NCBI GenBank assembly: GCA_050013475.1
Contig: JBEKFE010000004.1
Span: 135,625 to 199,624, forward strand
Direction of reading: 5' to 3'
Source of the DNA: Bacteroidales bacterium
Lineage (GTDB): Bacteria > Bacteroidota > Bacteroidia > Bacteroidales > VadinHA17
DNA length: 64,000 bases
Shown piece by piece: positions 10,633 through 21,227 of the stretch (position 1 is the stretch's first letter; every line of letters begins with the position of its first letter). The position numbers and the translations under genes were made by a program. The notes under the pieces were generated by a model. It had not been told where the DNA came from, did not search any database, and was given only the letters and a program-made list of their open reading frames with translations.

Positions 10633-11670
10633 ATGGAATTTACAGCAGCAACAATAGCAGAATTTTTAAAGGGTGAAATTGCAGGCGATCCCGACACAAA
10701 AGTCAACACGGTTGCAAAGATAGAGGAAGGACACGAGGGAGCGCTATCCTTCCTGGCAAATCCTAAATATGAGCATTATCTGTATACCACAGATTCATCG
10801 ATTGTCCTTGTGAACAGCGATTTTGTGCCATCGGGCAAGGTCAGGGCAACATTGATCAAAGTCAGGAATTCATATGAAGCATTTGCTTCACTTCTGATAC
10901 TCGTGGAAAAGTCAAAGCCAAAAAAGAAGGGAATACATCCTACAGCAATAATTGAAAACTCCGCTGTGGTCGGTTCAGATGTATATATCGGAGCATATTC
11001 TTATATAGGGGAGAATTGCAGGATCGGTGACGGAACCAGGATTTATCCGCATGTTTTTATTGGTGATGACACGACTGTCGGGAAGAACTGCCTGATCTAT
11101 GCAGGTGCAAAGATATATCACGAATGCATAATCGGGAACAATTGTATAATGCACGCTGGCAGTGTTATCGGCAGCGACGGGTTCGGTTTTGCACCACAAT
11201 CGGAGACTGAATTCATGAAAATTCCTCAGATCGGCAACGTGATCCTGGAAGATAATGTCGAGATCGGGGCCAATTCTGCTGTCGACAGGGCTACAATGGG
11301 GTCAACAATAATCCGGAAAGGGGTCAAGATTGATAATCTTATCCAGATAGGCCATAATGTGGAGATAGGTGAGAATACGGTGATGGCAGGCCAATCGGGT
11401 GTTGCAGGTTCCACTAAGATCGGAAGGAACTGTATGTTTGCCGGACAGGTAGGAATTGCGGGGCATCTTAAAGTTGCAGACGGTACAAAAGCAGGTGCAC
11501 AGGCGGGTATTGCAGGCGATATAAAGGAGGAGAACTCGACAATCCTTGGCTCTCCCGCAATAGATTATAAACTATGGCTGAGAGCATCAGTAATATTCAG
11601 AAAACTGCCTGAAATGAAGATGAAAATTGATTTACTTGAGAAACAGGTAGAATCCCTGAAAAAGCCTTAA
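10633..11670 (+). CDS. lpxD: UDP-3-O-(3-hydroxyacyl)glucosamine N-acyltransferase
   Basis: Hexapeptide-repeat left-handed helix with an LpxD-type N-terminus. Precedes lpxC/fabZ-lpxA. ATG 10633 is preferred over TTG 10624. Confidence 0.9.
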   Translation: MEFTAATIAEFLKGEIAGDPDTKVNTVAKIEEGHEGALSFLANPKYEHYLYTTDSSIVLVNSDFVPSGKVRATLIKVRNSYEAFASLLILVEKSKPKKKGIHPTAIIENSAVVGSDVYIGAYSYIGENCRIGDGTRIYPHVFIGDDTTVGKNCLIYAGAKIYHECIIGNNCIMHAGSVIGSDGFGFAPQSETEFMKIPQIGNVILEDNVEIGANSAVDRATMGSTIIRKGVKIDNLIQIGHNVEIGENTVMAGQSGVAGSTKIGRNCMFAGQVGIAGHLKVADGTKAGAQAGIAGDIKEENSTILGSPAIDYKLWLRASVIFRKLPEMKMKIDLLEKQVESLKKP

Positions 11671-11788
11671 ATTCAAAGAATTCTAAGACAAATAAGTTGT
11701 AATAAACCAAGTTAGCTCACTTATTTCTCGATTGTTCGAAAAATTTTTGTTTTTTTTGTAGCCAAATTTTTAATAACCTTTGTTACTG

Positions 11789-13183
11789 ATGAGTGAGAAA
11801 CAAAGAACGCTAGCCAAAGAGATAAGCCTGACCGGCAAAGGTTTGCATACCGGATTGACTGTAACGATCACGCTAAAGCCCGCCCCGGCAAATCACGGCT
11901 ATAAATTTTGCAGGACAGATATGCCTGGCAAGCCAGTGATAGATGGTCATGCTGAACATGTTACGGAAACTTCCAGGGGTACGACACTGGTTCAGAACGG
12001 AGCCTCGGTAGCAACAATTGAACATGTGCTTGCCGCATTTCACGGGATGAGCGTTGACAATGCAATGATTGAGCTTAACGGACCTGAAGCGCCTATTCTT
12101 GGAGGTTCATCCGAAAAATATGTTCAGGCGATCAGGGAGGCAGGTATCGTTGATCTGAAGGAAGATAGAAATTACTTTATAGTAAAGCAGAAAATCTCAT
12201 TCTCCGACGAGGAGCATGGCGTTGACCTCATTGTTTATCCTGATGATCATTTCAGCATAAATGTTCTAATCGATTATAATTCAAGGATACTTGGGAACCA
12301 GTACGCGATCCTCGACTCGATCGATGACTTTGAAGAAGAGATAAGCAGGAGCCGTACCTTCGTCTTTTTTCACGAGCTTGAGCCACTTTTCAAAGCTGGT
12401 CTTATAAAAGGAGGAGACCTCGACAATGCTATTGTGATCCTTGAAAAGGAGGCTCCGCAGGAGGAGTTCGACAGGATCGCCAGGCTTTTCAACAGGCCCG
12501 GAATGAACAGCCATAAAGCAGGAGTATTGAATAATACTGATCTGCGCTTCCCGAATGAACCTGCGCGTCATAAGCTGCTCGATATAATGGGCGACCTTGC
12601 ACTTGTCGGTCAACCTATCAAGGGAAGGGTTGTTGCAACCAAACCCGGTCACTACGCCAATACGAGGCTTGCCAAAATAATAAGGCAGGAGATCAAAAAG
12701 GCATACTCTAAAAAGGACATTCCGGCTTACGATCCTGACATACCACCGGTATATACCCTGGAAAAGATCAAATCGATGTTGCCGCACAGGTATCCTTTTC
12801 TTTTTGTCGACAAGGTCATTTACATTGATGAGAATAAGGTTGTGGGGATCAAGAATGTTACAAATGACGAGACATTCTTCCAGGGGCATTTCCCGGGGGA
12901 GGCTGTAATGCCGGGAGTTTTAACAGTCGAAGCTCTTGCCCAGACCGGTGGATTGCTTGTATTGAGCATGCTGGATGAACCTGAAAAATATTCGACATAT
13001 TTTCTGAAGATAGACAAGGTCAAATTCAAACAAAAGGTCGTGCCGGGCGATACCCTTATTCTGAAGATGGAACTCACGGAACCGATGAGAAGAGGGATTG
13101 TTTCTATGTTCGGTCAGGCATTTGTAGGTAATACGCTGGTTGTGGAAGGTGAAATGGTTGCACAAGTCATTAAAAACAAATAG
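11789..13183 (+). CDS. lpxC/fabZ: bifunctional UDP-3-O-acyl-GlcNAc deacetylase / 3-hydroxyacyl-ACP dehydratase (LpxC-FabZ fusion)
   Basis: N-terminal LpxC region (HKLLDIMGDL) and C-terminal FabZ hot-dog region (FFQGHFPGEAVMPGVL). This fusion is typical of Bacteroidota. Confidence 0.9.
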   Translation: MSEKQRTLAKEISLTGKGLHTGLTVTITLKPAPANHGYKFCRTDMPGKPVIDGHAEHVTETSRGTTLVQNGASVATIEHVLAAFHGMSVDNAMIELNGPEAPILGGSSEKYVQAIREAGIVDLKEDRNYFIVKQKISFSDEEHGVDLIVYPDDHFSINVLIDYNSRILGNQYAILDSIDDFEEEISRSRTFVFFHELEPLFKAGLIKGGDLDNAIVILEKEAPQEEFDRIARLFNRPGMNSHKAGVLNNTDLRFPNEPARHKLLDIMGDLALVGQPIKGRVVATKPGHYANTRLAKIIRQEIKKAYSKKDIPAYDPDIPPVYTLEKIKSMLPHRYPFLFVDKVIYIDENKVVGIKNVTNDETFFQGHFPGEAVMPGVLTVEALAQTGGLLVLSMLDEPEKYSTYFLKIDKVKFKQKVVPGDTLILKMELTEPMRRGIVSMFGQAFVGNTLVVEGEMVAQVIKNK

Positions 13184-13189
13184 AATCCG

Positions 13190-13969
13190 ATGGTCTCAAA
13201 GTTAGCTTATGTACATAAGGACGCCAGGCTCGGCGAAAACGTTACTGTTGAACCTTTTGCCTACATAGCAGGAAATGTCTTTATCGGAGATGGTACATGG
13301 GTCGGCCCGAATGCTGTGATACTGGACGGGGCAACGATCGGGAAAAACTGCAGGATATTTCCCGGAGCCGTAGTGTCGGGGATACCCCAGGACCTTAAAT
13401 TCAAAGGTGAGGAATCTACTGCCGAAATAGGAGATAACACAACTATCAGGGAAGGTGTAACTGTTAACCGCGGAACCGCAGCAGTTGGAAGGACCCTGGT
13501 AGGGAATAACTGCCTCCTGATGGCATATACCCATGTCGGACATGATTGCAGTATAGGTAATTACTGCATAATCGGAAACATGACTGGCCTTGCCGGTGAG
13601 GTGAAAATCGGCGATTTTGCGATTGTAAGCGGAGGAACACTTGTTCATCAGTTTACCAGGATAGGGGCATATGTTATAGTTGGGGCAGGAGGCAAGGTCA
13701 GGATTGATGTGCCGCCTTTCATTAAAGCCGACAGGGATCCTCTGGTTTACATGGGATTGAACACAGTCGGGCTCACGAGACACGGATTCGGGAAGGATAG
13801 AATTGACGAGATACATAATATCTACAGGGCTATCTACCAGAACAAAATGAACACTTCAGCAGCTCTTGAGAATGTTGAGAAGAGCTTCAAACCGTCACCC
13901 GACAGGGATTATATAATTGAGTTTTTCAGAAAATCTGAAAGGGGAGTAATACGCGGCCCCAGAGATTAA
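13190..13969 (+). CDS. lpxA: acyl-ACP--UDP-N-acetylglucosamine O-acyltransferase
   Basis: Hexapeptide repeats, 259 aa, follows lpxC/fabZ. Confidence 0.9.
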   Translation: MVSKLAYVHKDARLGENVTVEPFAYIAGNVFIGDGTWVGPNAVILDGATIGKNCRIFPGAVVSGIPQDLKFKGEESTAEIGDNTTIREGVTVNRGTAAVGRTLVGNNCLLMAYTHVGHDCSIGNYCIIGNMTGLAGEVKIGDFAIVSGGTLVHQFTRIGAYVIVGAGGKVRIDVPPFIKADRDPLVYMGLNTVGLTRHGFGKDRIDEIHNIYRAIYQNKMNTSAALENVEKSFKPSPDRDYIIEFFRKSERGVIRGPRD

Positions 13970-14003
13970 GATTTAAGAAATCTGCATTACTTCTTTTCTA
14001 CAT

Positions 14004-15038
14004 TCAACTCCTCCAGCCCTGGGCTGTAAGACCGATCTCTTCGCCGTTCGCAGAAACCAGGTAACTGCCATTTTCATCCGGTGTAATGTGACCGATAATT
14101 TTTATCCCGTCGAGCTGCTTTAAGCTTTCAAACTTTTCAAGCGGGACCGTAAACAACAGTTCATAATCCTCGCCTCCGTTAAGTGCCGGTACCAGCGGGT
14201 CTATACCAAACTCTGCTGCCATGGCTGCCGTTTCCCTGTCAACAGGGATCTTTTCCTGAAATATCCTGCACCCTTTTTCAGACTGCCTGCATATCTGAAG
14301 AAGATCCGAAGCCAGCCCTTCGGTAATATCGATCATGGATGTTGGCACAATACCTTTTTCTTCAAGCTTGTCTATTACTTCTGACGGGAATTCAGGTTTG
14401 AGCTGCCTGCCTAGTATATATTCATATCCCGAAAGATCCGGCTTGATATTATTGCCGGTTTCAAAAAGCCTGCGCTCGCGCTCAAGAAGCTGGAGTCCCA
14501 TATATGAGGCGCCAAGATCGCCGGTCACACAAATGAGATCATTCGGCCTGGCTCCGGAGCGTTTTATGATCTTTCCCGAAGCAGCATGTCCGACCGCTGT
14601 CACACTGATAATGAGCCCGGTGAGTGAGCTGGAAGTGTCCCCTCCTGCAAGATCGATAAAGTATTTATTACAGGCGTGCCTGATCCCGCCGTAAAACTCC
14701 TCAATGTCCTCTGTCGTAAACCTGGAGCTGATCCCAAGTGAGATAAGTACCTGTGAGGGTTTCCCGTTCATCGCATAAATATCGGAGATTGCCCTGATAA
14801 CTGATTTATAACCAAGATGCTTCAAAGGTGTGTATACCAGGTTGAAATGGATCCCTTCCAGCAGCATATCGGTAGTGACAAGGGTAAGTTCGCCGGAAGA
14901 ATCAATTGCTGCAGCATCATCTCCAGCCGCAATAACAGTAGATCTGTTATGAGATCTGAAATCAGAGGTTATATGATCTATCAGACCGTACTTCCCAAGG
15001 TCATTTATTGATTTTTTATTATTTGCAGAATTTTCCAT
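14004..15038 (-). CDS. thiL: thiamine-phosphate kinase
   Basis: AIR-synthase-like PurM fold signature (GDDAAAID, TTDMLLEGIHF). Confidence 0.8.
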   Translation of the reverse strand: MENSANNKKSINDLGKYGLIDHITSDFRSHNRSTVIAAGDDAAAIDSSGELTLVTTDMLLEGIHFNLVYTPLKHLGYKSVIRAISDIYAMNGKPSQVLISLGISSRFTTEDIEEFYGGIRHACNKYFIDLAGGDTSSSLTGLIISVTAVGHAASGKIIKRSGARPNDLICVTGDLGASYMGLQLLERERRLFETGNNIKPDLSGYEYILGRQLKPEFPSEVIDKLEEKGIVPTSMIDITEGLASDLLQICRQSEKGCRIFQEKIPVDRETAAMAAEFGIDPLVPALNGGEDYELLFTVPLEKFESLKQLDGIKIIGHITPDENGSYLVSANGEEIGLTAQGWRS

Positions 15039-15077
15039 GCCTGTTTTTAGTAATCTCTTGGTTTTTTAAAATTTAAC

Positions 15078-15118
15078 CACGGAGTTGCACAGAGTTTTTC
15101 ACAGAGTAACACGGAGTT
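15078..15118. repeat. short intergenic word repeat (CACGGAGTT / CACAGAGT, each twice)
   Basis: cacggagtt-g-cacagagt-tttt-cacagagt-aa-cacggagtt, between thiL and yccF. Confidence 0.6.
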
Positions 15119-15133
15119 TTGCCTTTATAGCCT

Positions 15134-15508
15134 CTACAGCCTCACAATATCCCTGCCGAACGGACTGAGTGCAACTACAGTCAGCTTGAAATGCTGCATC
15201 CCAAAGGGGATACCTATGATCGTAATGCACAGAATAGCGCCAAATATCAGATGGGATATTGCGATCCAAAATCCGCCGACAAGCAGCCAGATGATATTCA
15301 TGAATATATAAAGACATCCCGAAGATCTTGCCTGAACCCTTGTATCGCGACCAAATGGCCATAGGGCCAGCGATGCCATCTTAAGGGTCTGTAGTCCGAA
15401 GGGGATACCGATTATGGTTATGAAGAGTATAATGCTACCGACAAAATACTGGATCGCGATTATAATTCCTCCGAAAATCAGCCAGATAATATTTCCAACA
15501 ATCGTCAT
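15134..15508 (-). CDS. yccF: YccF domain-containing inner membrane protein
   Basis: Two internal repeats carry IIGIPFG(L/M)Q. ATG 15508 is preferred, as it avoids overlapping the upstream gene. Confidence 0.75.
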   Translation of the reverse strand: MTIVGNIIWLIFGGIIIAIQYFVGSIILFITIIGIPFGLQTLKMASLALWPFGRDTRVQARSSGCLYIFMNIIWLLVGGFWIAISHLIFGAILCITIIGIPFGMQHFKLTVVALSPFGRDIVRL

Positions 15509-15518
15509 ACTGTAGCTT

Positions 15519-17129
15519 CTATTCAAGAACTACACTCTGGTTCTTAGGATATTTCACGGAGTATGTGAGAACTATTTCCTTTTTTTCCTGAGGCTTGAGA
15601 TCAAAATCCCACTTTAGCAGGCCAGTGTCACTGCTCAGCTTGCCCCCCGACAGTTCATTTGCTTCAACAGTTATGCTGCTGTTCGATGATACCGGGATCT
15701 GGTCATTTACGGTGATCTGGATTGTGCTTGTTTTATTATTCCTGACTGTTATAAGGAAGGAGTAGGTATCTGTTTTGTTGGAGCCGATAATCTTCTTACT
15801 TGTAAAATCTTTCCTCTTTTCCCTTTTTACAAGTATGCCGGGATCTGTCCCGAGAGAGATGGTGAGTGTATCTGAAAGCTGGTTGACATTAAGCTGAGAT
15901 CTCCCTACAAAGGTATTCTCAAAATAAAGAGTTGCTTCCCCCGACATAAGGCTCTGTTTTGCCCAGTCGGTGATATTACCGGTAAGATAGACAAGCTGTG
16001 ATGTTTTTGGCACTGCGACATATCTGTATGTGGCCGGAGTTGTTGTCCGTTGTATCTCAATGGTCTGGATCTGACCGTCAGAGGGGATTGTATATGGCAC
16101 CGATACATCGAATGTAACGCTCATCTCGCCTGTTTTCTTCTCTACCTCCACAGGTGCCGCGATAACCTCATTTTTGAGCGATTTATACTTTGAATCCATC
16201 TTCATTTCAGCCATAGCTACAGGTGATTCACTCCTCATTGTACTATACCCTTTCAGAGCGACAGGCGAGTAGAAATCAAGAAACCACGGATCCAGGACCG
16301 GAACATCTCCTGCGATCCAGGGAGATGCATTCGAAAAGCTCAGCTTCACGTTTTTCCACTCTACCCCTGAGTTCTGGGCAACATTGGCTTTATAGAATAT
16401 ACCTACCGGATTGGTAATGTCATCGACCCTTATATCATATGAAGGATACCAGCTTGCATTGGAAACAAGATACGTAAATGTCATTTTGCCTGAAACGGGT
16501 TTATCTGCAGTCACAGCAACCGATATCTCACCGGAGGGGAGCTGCCGTTTGCCGGTCCTGTCCGAGATCTGCTGCTGCAGTGCTGTCATCTGTTTCTCGT
16601 AATCCTTTATCAGCCTGCTCTTTTGCAGCTTTGTCACGGAGATCTGATCAATATTTGTTGTATAAACATCCATCAGGCTTTTGAACTGATCAAGGGAGAA
16701 TGCAGAGGACTTTGAAAGCACACTTTGATTTGCATTCAGGAATGCCCGTTTCTCCTCAAGTGTGTTCATAGCTGCCTTTTCATCCTCAATCTTCGACTGC
16801 AAAGCTTCGATCTGTGACCTGATATTTTTCACTTCAGGCTGGTCTTCAAGGTTCTGAAGATAATTATTCTGAAGGTTGACGGAAAGGATAGTATATTCAC
16901 CCATACCTTTGACCTGGATACTCTGTACATCAATGTATGGCGACAGGCCGGTAAGCTTTAATATGGTCTTTCCGGGAGCAATATCAAATGACGCTTCATG
17001 GGTCAGCTGGGCCCTGTCAGGATAGACGGTAACATGATTGATGGCAGCTTTTATCTCTTTTTCATTCTGGGCATTCAGTGCTGCAGTAAATGCAATAGCC
17101 AGAAACATAGAAAATATTGATTTTTTCAT
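15519..17129 (-). CDS. DUF4139 / MuiA-like secreted protein
   Basis: Signal peptide (MKKSIFSMFLAIAFTAALNAQ), a coiled-coil segment and a beta-rich C-terminus. Family assignment is from recall. Confidence 0.55.
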   Translation of the reverse strand: MKKSIFSMFLAIAFTAALNAQNEKEIKAAINHVTVYPDRAQLTHEASFDIAPGKTILKLTGLSPYIDVQSIQVKGMGEYTILSVNLQNNYLQNLEDQPEVKNIRSQIEALQSKIEDEKAAMNTLEEKRAFLNANQSVLSKSSAFSLDQFKSLMDVYTTNIDQISVTKLQKSRLIKDYEKQMTALQQQISDRTGKRQLPSGEISVAVTADKPVSGKMTFTYLVSNASWYPSYDIRVDDITNPVGIFYKANVAQNSGVEWKNVKLSFSNASPWIAGDVPVLDPWFLDFYSPVALKGYSTMRSESPVAMAEMKMDSKYKSLKNEVIAAPVEVEKKTGEMSVTFDVSVPYTIPSDGQIQTIEIQRTTTPATYRYVAVPKTSQLVYLTGNITDWAKQSLMSGEATLYFENTFVGRSQLNVNQLSDTLTISLGTDPGILVKREKRKDFTSKKIIGSNKTDTYSFLITVRNNKTSTIQITVNDQIPVSSNSSITVEANELSGGKLSSDTGLLKWDFDLKPQEKKEIVLTYSVKYPKNQSVVLE

Positions 17130-17279
17130 AATCTATTTTGATAAGATAATTAACGCAATAAAGGTAAGATTTTTTAACTGTTCTTATTGATCAAATACCA
17201 GGACGGGGGAAACGCCAGTGTATCCTGATAGATTTTCAGAATAAAATTTTTATTTCAGCTGGATTTATTTTATTGACTC

Positions 17280-18659
17280 CTACGACTTTTCAACAGGTGC
17301 TTTGTTAGCCATGGGGCAACCCGGGACAGGGCAGTTGACGATCTTATGTTCCCTATTATCGGCAGGTTCCCATCCCATGACAAAAAGCAATACGAAAAAA
17401 CCAATTATATAGGCTACCGTAACATGCCAGCCATATCTGATCCACTTTCCTGCATGCCGGGCCTCGGGAAACTTGTTGGTGATGGCCACTCCCGCCGATG
17501 ATCCGAACCATATCATAGAACCTCCGAAGCCCACAGTGTACGCAAGCATCCCCCAGTCGAAATGTCCCTGGTCGAGACAAAGCTTTGTAAGAGGGATATT
17601 ATCAAATACAGATGAAAGGAAACCGAGCCCGAAGGCTGTGACCCACGAGGCTTTCGGCAAATCCTCTACCGGCATTAGGGATGCACAGGAGACAAGGCAT
17701 AGGAGGAAAATTGTTCCTTTAATTGCGCCCGGCACCTCTTTCCATGGTATCGGCCTGAAAATGGCTCCTATAATTAAGGCTATCCATACACCCAGAGCCG
17801 GCATATCATAAAAGAAATTTGATATTATAGCCCCTATCAGCATAAGTGCAACGATAAATAATCTCTTACCGTCAACCTTAACTCCCGGTGTTGCATCTTT
17901 CTGTATTCTCTGGTACCTGTCCTGCTGGTGAGAGGCAAACCAGGCGAAGAACAGCAATGCCACTCCTGCCGCAACGAAAGCATGAAGGACGTTAAGGGGA
18001 TTTACACCGTCGATCCACATCATAGTTGTTGTGGTATCACCCACCACACTCCCGCTTCCACCTGCATTGCTTGCCGCAACAATGGCTGCAATGTAGCCGA
18101 TGTGGACCCTGTTCTTAAATACTACTATGGCGATCGCTCCACCGATCAGGGCAGCAGCAATATTATCGAGGAACGATGAAAGGATCATAACAAATACAAG
18201 AAGAAGGAATGGCCCCTTCCAGTCGTCGGGAAGATATCTGGGAAGAACATCGGGGACACGTGATTCCTGGAATATTTTCGACAGGATCGCGAAGCCCAGA
18301 AGCAGACCAAGCAGGTTAAGGATAATTCCCCATTCACCCTGACGTAGATTCTTATCCATCATTTGTTCTGCCATGGGAGTGGTACCGAACAGATGTTTTA
18401 CAATATTGAATCCAGGATCAAATGCAAATTTAAAGATGAGTAAAACCGAAAGCCCGGTGACAGCGACCCAGAATGTATGTTTATGAAGAAGCGCAACGCA
18501 GGCCAGGATCATGGCAAATATTATAAACTCTATGCGCACCGGGCCTATCGAGGGTACCTTGCTATCAGCTGCGGCAGCAAATACAGGGACTAAAAAAACA
18601 AGGCAGATCAAAAGTATGCGTTTTGAGTTATCGTAAACTGATTTTAATATACTCTTCAT
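17280..18659 (-). CDS. ArsB/NhaD-superfamily permease (NhaD-like Na+/H+ antiporter)
   Basis: About 12 predicted TM segments and an FLDNIAAALIGG-type motif. The C-terminal tail carries CPVPGCP. Confidence 0.55.
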   Translation of the reverse strand: MKSILKSVYDNSKRILLICLVFLVPVFAAAADSKVPSIGPVRIEFIIFAMILACVALLHKHTFWVAVTGLSVLLIFKFAFDPGFNIVKHLFGTTPMAEQMMDKNLRQGEWGIILNLLGLLLGFAILSKIFQESRVPDVLPRYLPDDWKGPFLLLVFVMILSSFLDNIAAALIGGAIAIVVFKNRVHIGYIAAIVAASNAGGSGSVVGDTTTTMMWIDGVNPLNVLHAFVAAGVALLFFAWFASHQQDRYQRIQKDATPGVKVDGKRLFIVALMLIGAIISNFFYDMPALGVWIALIIGAIFRPIPWKEVPGAIKGTIFLLCLVSCASLMPVEDLPKASWVTAFGLGFLSSVFDNIPLTKLCLDQGHFDWGMLAYTVGFGGSMIWFGSSAGVAITNKFPEARHAGKWIRYGWHVTVAYIIGFFVLLFVMGWEPADNREHKIVNCPVPGCPMANKAPVEKS

Positions 18660-18871
18660 TATGGAATAATAAATTTTTGTCGCTCGCTGGAAGATCCTGC
18701 CAATTTAATATGATTTGCAGACTGCACTAAATCTTCCTTCAGGTTTTTTCCTGAATATTTTAAAATATTAATCACTGGATCCGGATGAAATGAAAATATA
18801 ATTCATGAAATTTTAAATTAGCCATAATTCCAATCGCTTCCGGTTTTGTTTTTTATGAAAATTTAATTTCT

Positions 18872-18879
18872 TATTTTTG
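18872..18879 (+). promoter_or_regulatory. putative -7 box (TATTTTTG)
   Basis: TAnnTTTG match 92 nt upstream of the sufB ATG. Confidence 0.3.
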
Positions 18880-18971
18880 CATGTTTATTTAGATTAAATC
18901 CAATTAACGGCTTAACAAAACAATATCAGGGTTGTTAAGTAAATGGAGCGGAAGAAGAAAAAGAACTTGTG

Positions 18972-20423
18972 ATGGGGAAGAAGCAGGATAAACATATTAT
19001 TCATGAGGTAACCTCGGGAGAATACAAGTACGGATTCTTCACCGATATTGAAACGGACAGGATCCCCAAAGGACTCAACGAGGATATTGTTCGCATGATA
19101 TCTCTCAAGAAAAATGAACCTTCGTGGCTTCTTGAATTCAGGTTGAAAGCATTCCGTCACTGGCTTACAATGAAAATGCCCCGATGGGCAAACCTCAGGA
19201 TCCCGGAAATAAATTACCAGGAGATTATCTTTTATGCCGCCCCGAGACAGAAAGTCTCACCTGAAAGTCTCGATGGTATTGATCCGGACCTCAAAAAGAC
19301 GTTTGATAAGCTTGGTATACCCCTTGAAGAGCAGAAGCGTCTGACCGGGGTGGCAGTTGATGCGGTTATGGACAGTGTGTCGGTCAAGACCACGTTCCGG
19401 GAGACCCTTGCCGAACTGGGAATCATTTTTTGCTCCTTCAGTGAGGCTGTCAGGGAGTATCCTGACCTGGTAAAGCGATATATGGGAACGGTCGTTCCTT
19501 ACACTGATAATTACTTTGCCACACTTAATTCAGCAGTTTTCAGCGACGGTTCATTCTGCTATATTCCAAAAGGTGTGAGATGCCCGATGGAACTATCGAC
19601 ATACTTCAGGATAAACTCTGCAAACACGGGACAGTTCGAAAGAACACTCCTGGTTGCCGATGAGGAGAGCTATGTAAGTTATCTTGAAGGATGCACAGCC
19701 CCGATGAGGGATGAGAACCAGCTTCATGCCGCTATAGTCGAGATCATCGCCGAGAAAAATGCCGAGGTTAAATATTCCACGGTTCAGAACTGGTACCCCG
19801 GCGATAAGGAGGGTAAAGGAGGAATATTCAATTTCGTCACCAAACGCGGGATGTGCAGGGGAGATAACTCAAAAATATCCTGGACGCAGATCGAAACCGG
19901 ATCAGCTATAACATGGAAATATCCTTCATGTATACTCAGAGGTGATAATTCGACCGGTGAATTCTATTCCGTCGCTGTCACAAATAATTACCAGCAGGCA
20001 GATACCGGCACCAAGATGATCCACATAGGTAAAAATACAAAAAGCACCATTGTCTCGAAAGGAATTTCGGCCGGCAGAGGACAGAACAGCTACCGCGGAC
20101 TGGTAAAGGTTCTAAAGAATGCCTCCAATGCAAGAAATTTCTCCCAGTGTGATTCACTGTTGCTTGGAGATAAATGCGGAGCCCATACATTCCCTTATAT
20201 TGAGGTCGATAACCAGACTGCTATTGTTGAACATGAAGCTACGACATCCAAGATAGGCGAGGATCAGATCTTTTACTGCAATCAGAGGGGCATTACCACG
20301 GAAGATGCAATAGGGCTTATCGTAAACGGATACGCCAGGGAGGTTATTAATAAACTGCCCATGGAATTTGCAGTTGAAGCACAGAAGCTTTTGCAGATCA
20401 GCCTGGAAGGAAGTGTGGGGTAA
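18972..20423 (+). CDS. sufB: Fe-S cluster assembly protein SufB
   Basis: Conserved SufB sequence throughout. First gene of the suf operon. ATG 18972. Confidence 0.95.
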   Translation: MGKKQDKHIIHEVTSGEYKYGFFTDIETDRIPKGLNEDIVRMISLKKNEPSWLLEFRLKAFRHWLTMKMPRWANLRIPEINYQEIIFYAAPRQKVSPESLDGIDPDLKKTFDKLGIPLEEQKRLTGVAVDAVMDSVSVKTTFRETLAELGIIFCSFSEAVREYPDLVKRYMGTVVPYTDNYFATLNSAVFSDGSFCYIPKGVRCPMELSTYFRINSANTGQFERTLLVADEESYVSYLEGCTAPMRDENQLHAAIVEIIAEKNAEVKYSTVQNWYPGDKEGKGGIFNFVTKRGMCRGDNSKISWTQIETGSAITWKYPSCILRGDNSTGEFYSVAVTNNYQQADTGTKMIHIGKNTKSTIVSKGISAGRGQNSYRGLVKVLKNASNARNFSQCDSLLLGDKCGAHTFPYIEVDNQTAIVEHEATTSKIGEDQIFYCNQRGITTEDAIGLIVNGYAREVINKLPMEFAVEAQKLLQISLEGSVG

Positions 20424-20444
20424 GAATCAAGAAAAAATAAGATC

Positions 20445-21227
20445 ATGTTAAGTATAAAGAATTTAAAGGCGACAATTGACGGTAAAGAGATACTTAAAGG
20501 AATAAGCCTTGAGGTAAAAGCGGGAGAGATACATGCAATTATGGGCCCTAACGGTTCCGGCAAAAGTACTCTTGCAGCTATAATTGCCGGAAGGGATTTT
20601 GCAGAGGTTACCGGGGGAACCGTAACATATAACGGAAAAAACCTTCTGGAAATGTCACCTGAGGAGCGATCCAAGGAGGGGATATTCCTTGGTTTCCAGT
20701 ATCCTATTGAGATACCTGGTGTAAGCATGGTCAATTTTATGAAGACCGCGGTGAATGAACACAGAAAACATATGGGATTGGAACCGCTCTCGGCATCAGA
20801 TTTTCTTAAGATGATGAGGGAGAAAAAAGAACTTGTGGAGATCGATTCCAAGCTTGCCAACCGGTCTGTCAACGAGGGCTTTTCAGGTGGGGAAAAAAAG
20901 AAAAATGAAATTTTCCAGATGGCAATGCTCGAACCAAAGCTGGCGATCCTTGATGAGACAGATTCAGGGCTTGATATCGATGCTCTCAGGATAGTGGCCA
21001 ATGGTGTCAACAAACTTAAGCGTCCCGATACTTCAGCAATAGTGATCACGCATTACCAGAGACTTCTCGATTATATTATTCCCGATGTGGTACATGTTCT
21101 CTACGACGGAAGAATAGTCAAAACAGCAGGAAAGGAACTCGCCTTTGAACTGGAAGAAAAGGGTTATGACTGGATAAAGAAAGAGGTGGAAAAAATCGAA
21201 GCAACATGGACCCCAGGTCAGAAATAA
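20445..21227 (+). CDS. sufC: Fe-S cluster assembly ATPase SufC
   Basis: Walker A GPNGSGKST, signature FSGGEKKK, Walker B AILDETDSGLD. Confidence 0.95.
   Translation: MLSIKNLKATIDGKEILKGISLEVKAGEIHAIMGPNGSGKSTLAAIIAGRDFAEVTGGTVTYNGKNLLEMSPEERSKEGIFLGFQYPIEIPGVSMVNFMKTAVNEHRKHMGLEPLSASDFLKMMREKKELVEIDSKLANRSVNEGFSGGEKKKNEIFQMAMLEPKLAILDETDSGLDIDALRIVANGVNKLKRPDTSAIVITHYQRLLDYIIPDVVHVLYDGRIVKTAGKELAFELEEKGYDWIKKEVEKIEATWTPGQK

Noticed and set aside
12281-13816. 202-aa and 204-aa ORFs antisense to lpxC/fabZ and lpxA
   Set aside because: Same reasoning. The sense frames carry clear LpxC, FabZ and hexapeptide-repeat signatures, and the antisense frames carry none.
20282-21049. 255-aa ORF antisense to the sufB end and most of sufC
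   Set aside because: The translation is low-complexity and Ser/Leu/Ile-rich. The ORF lies entirely opposite two strongly recognisable genes. Long antisense frames are common opposite ABC-ATPase genes.
21206-21227. 22-nt sufC/sufD overlap as a programmed frameshift
   Set aside because: Both ORFs are complete with their own start and stop, and there is no slippery heptamer. It is ordinary operon overlap or a slightly later sufD start.
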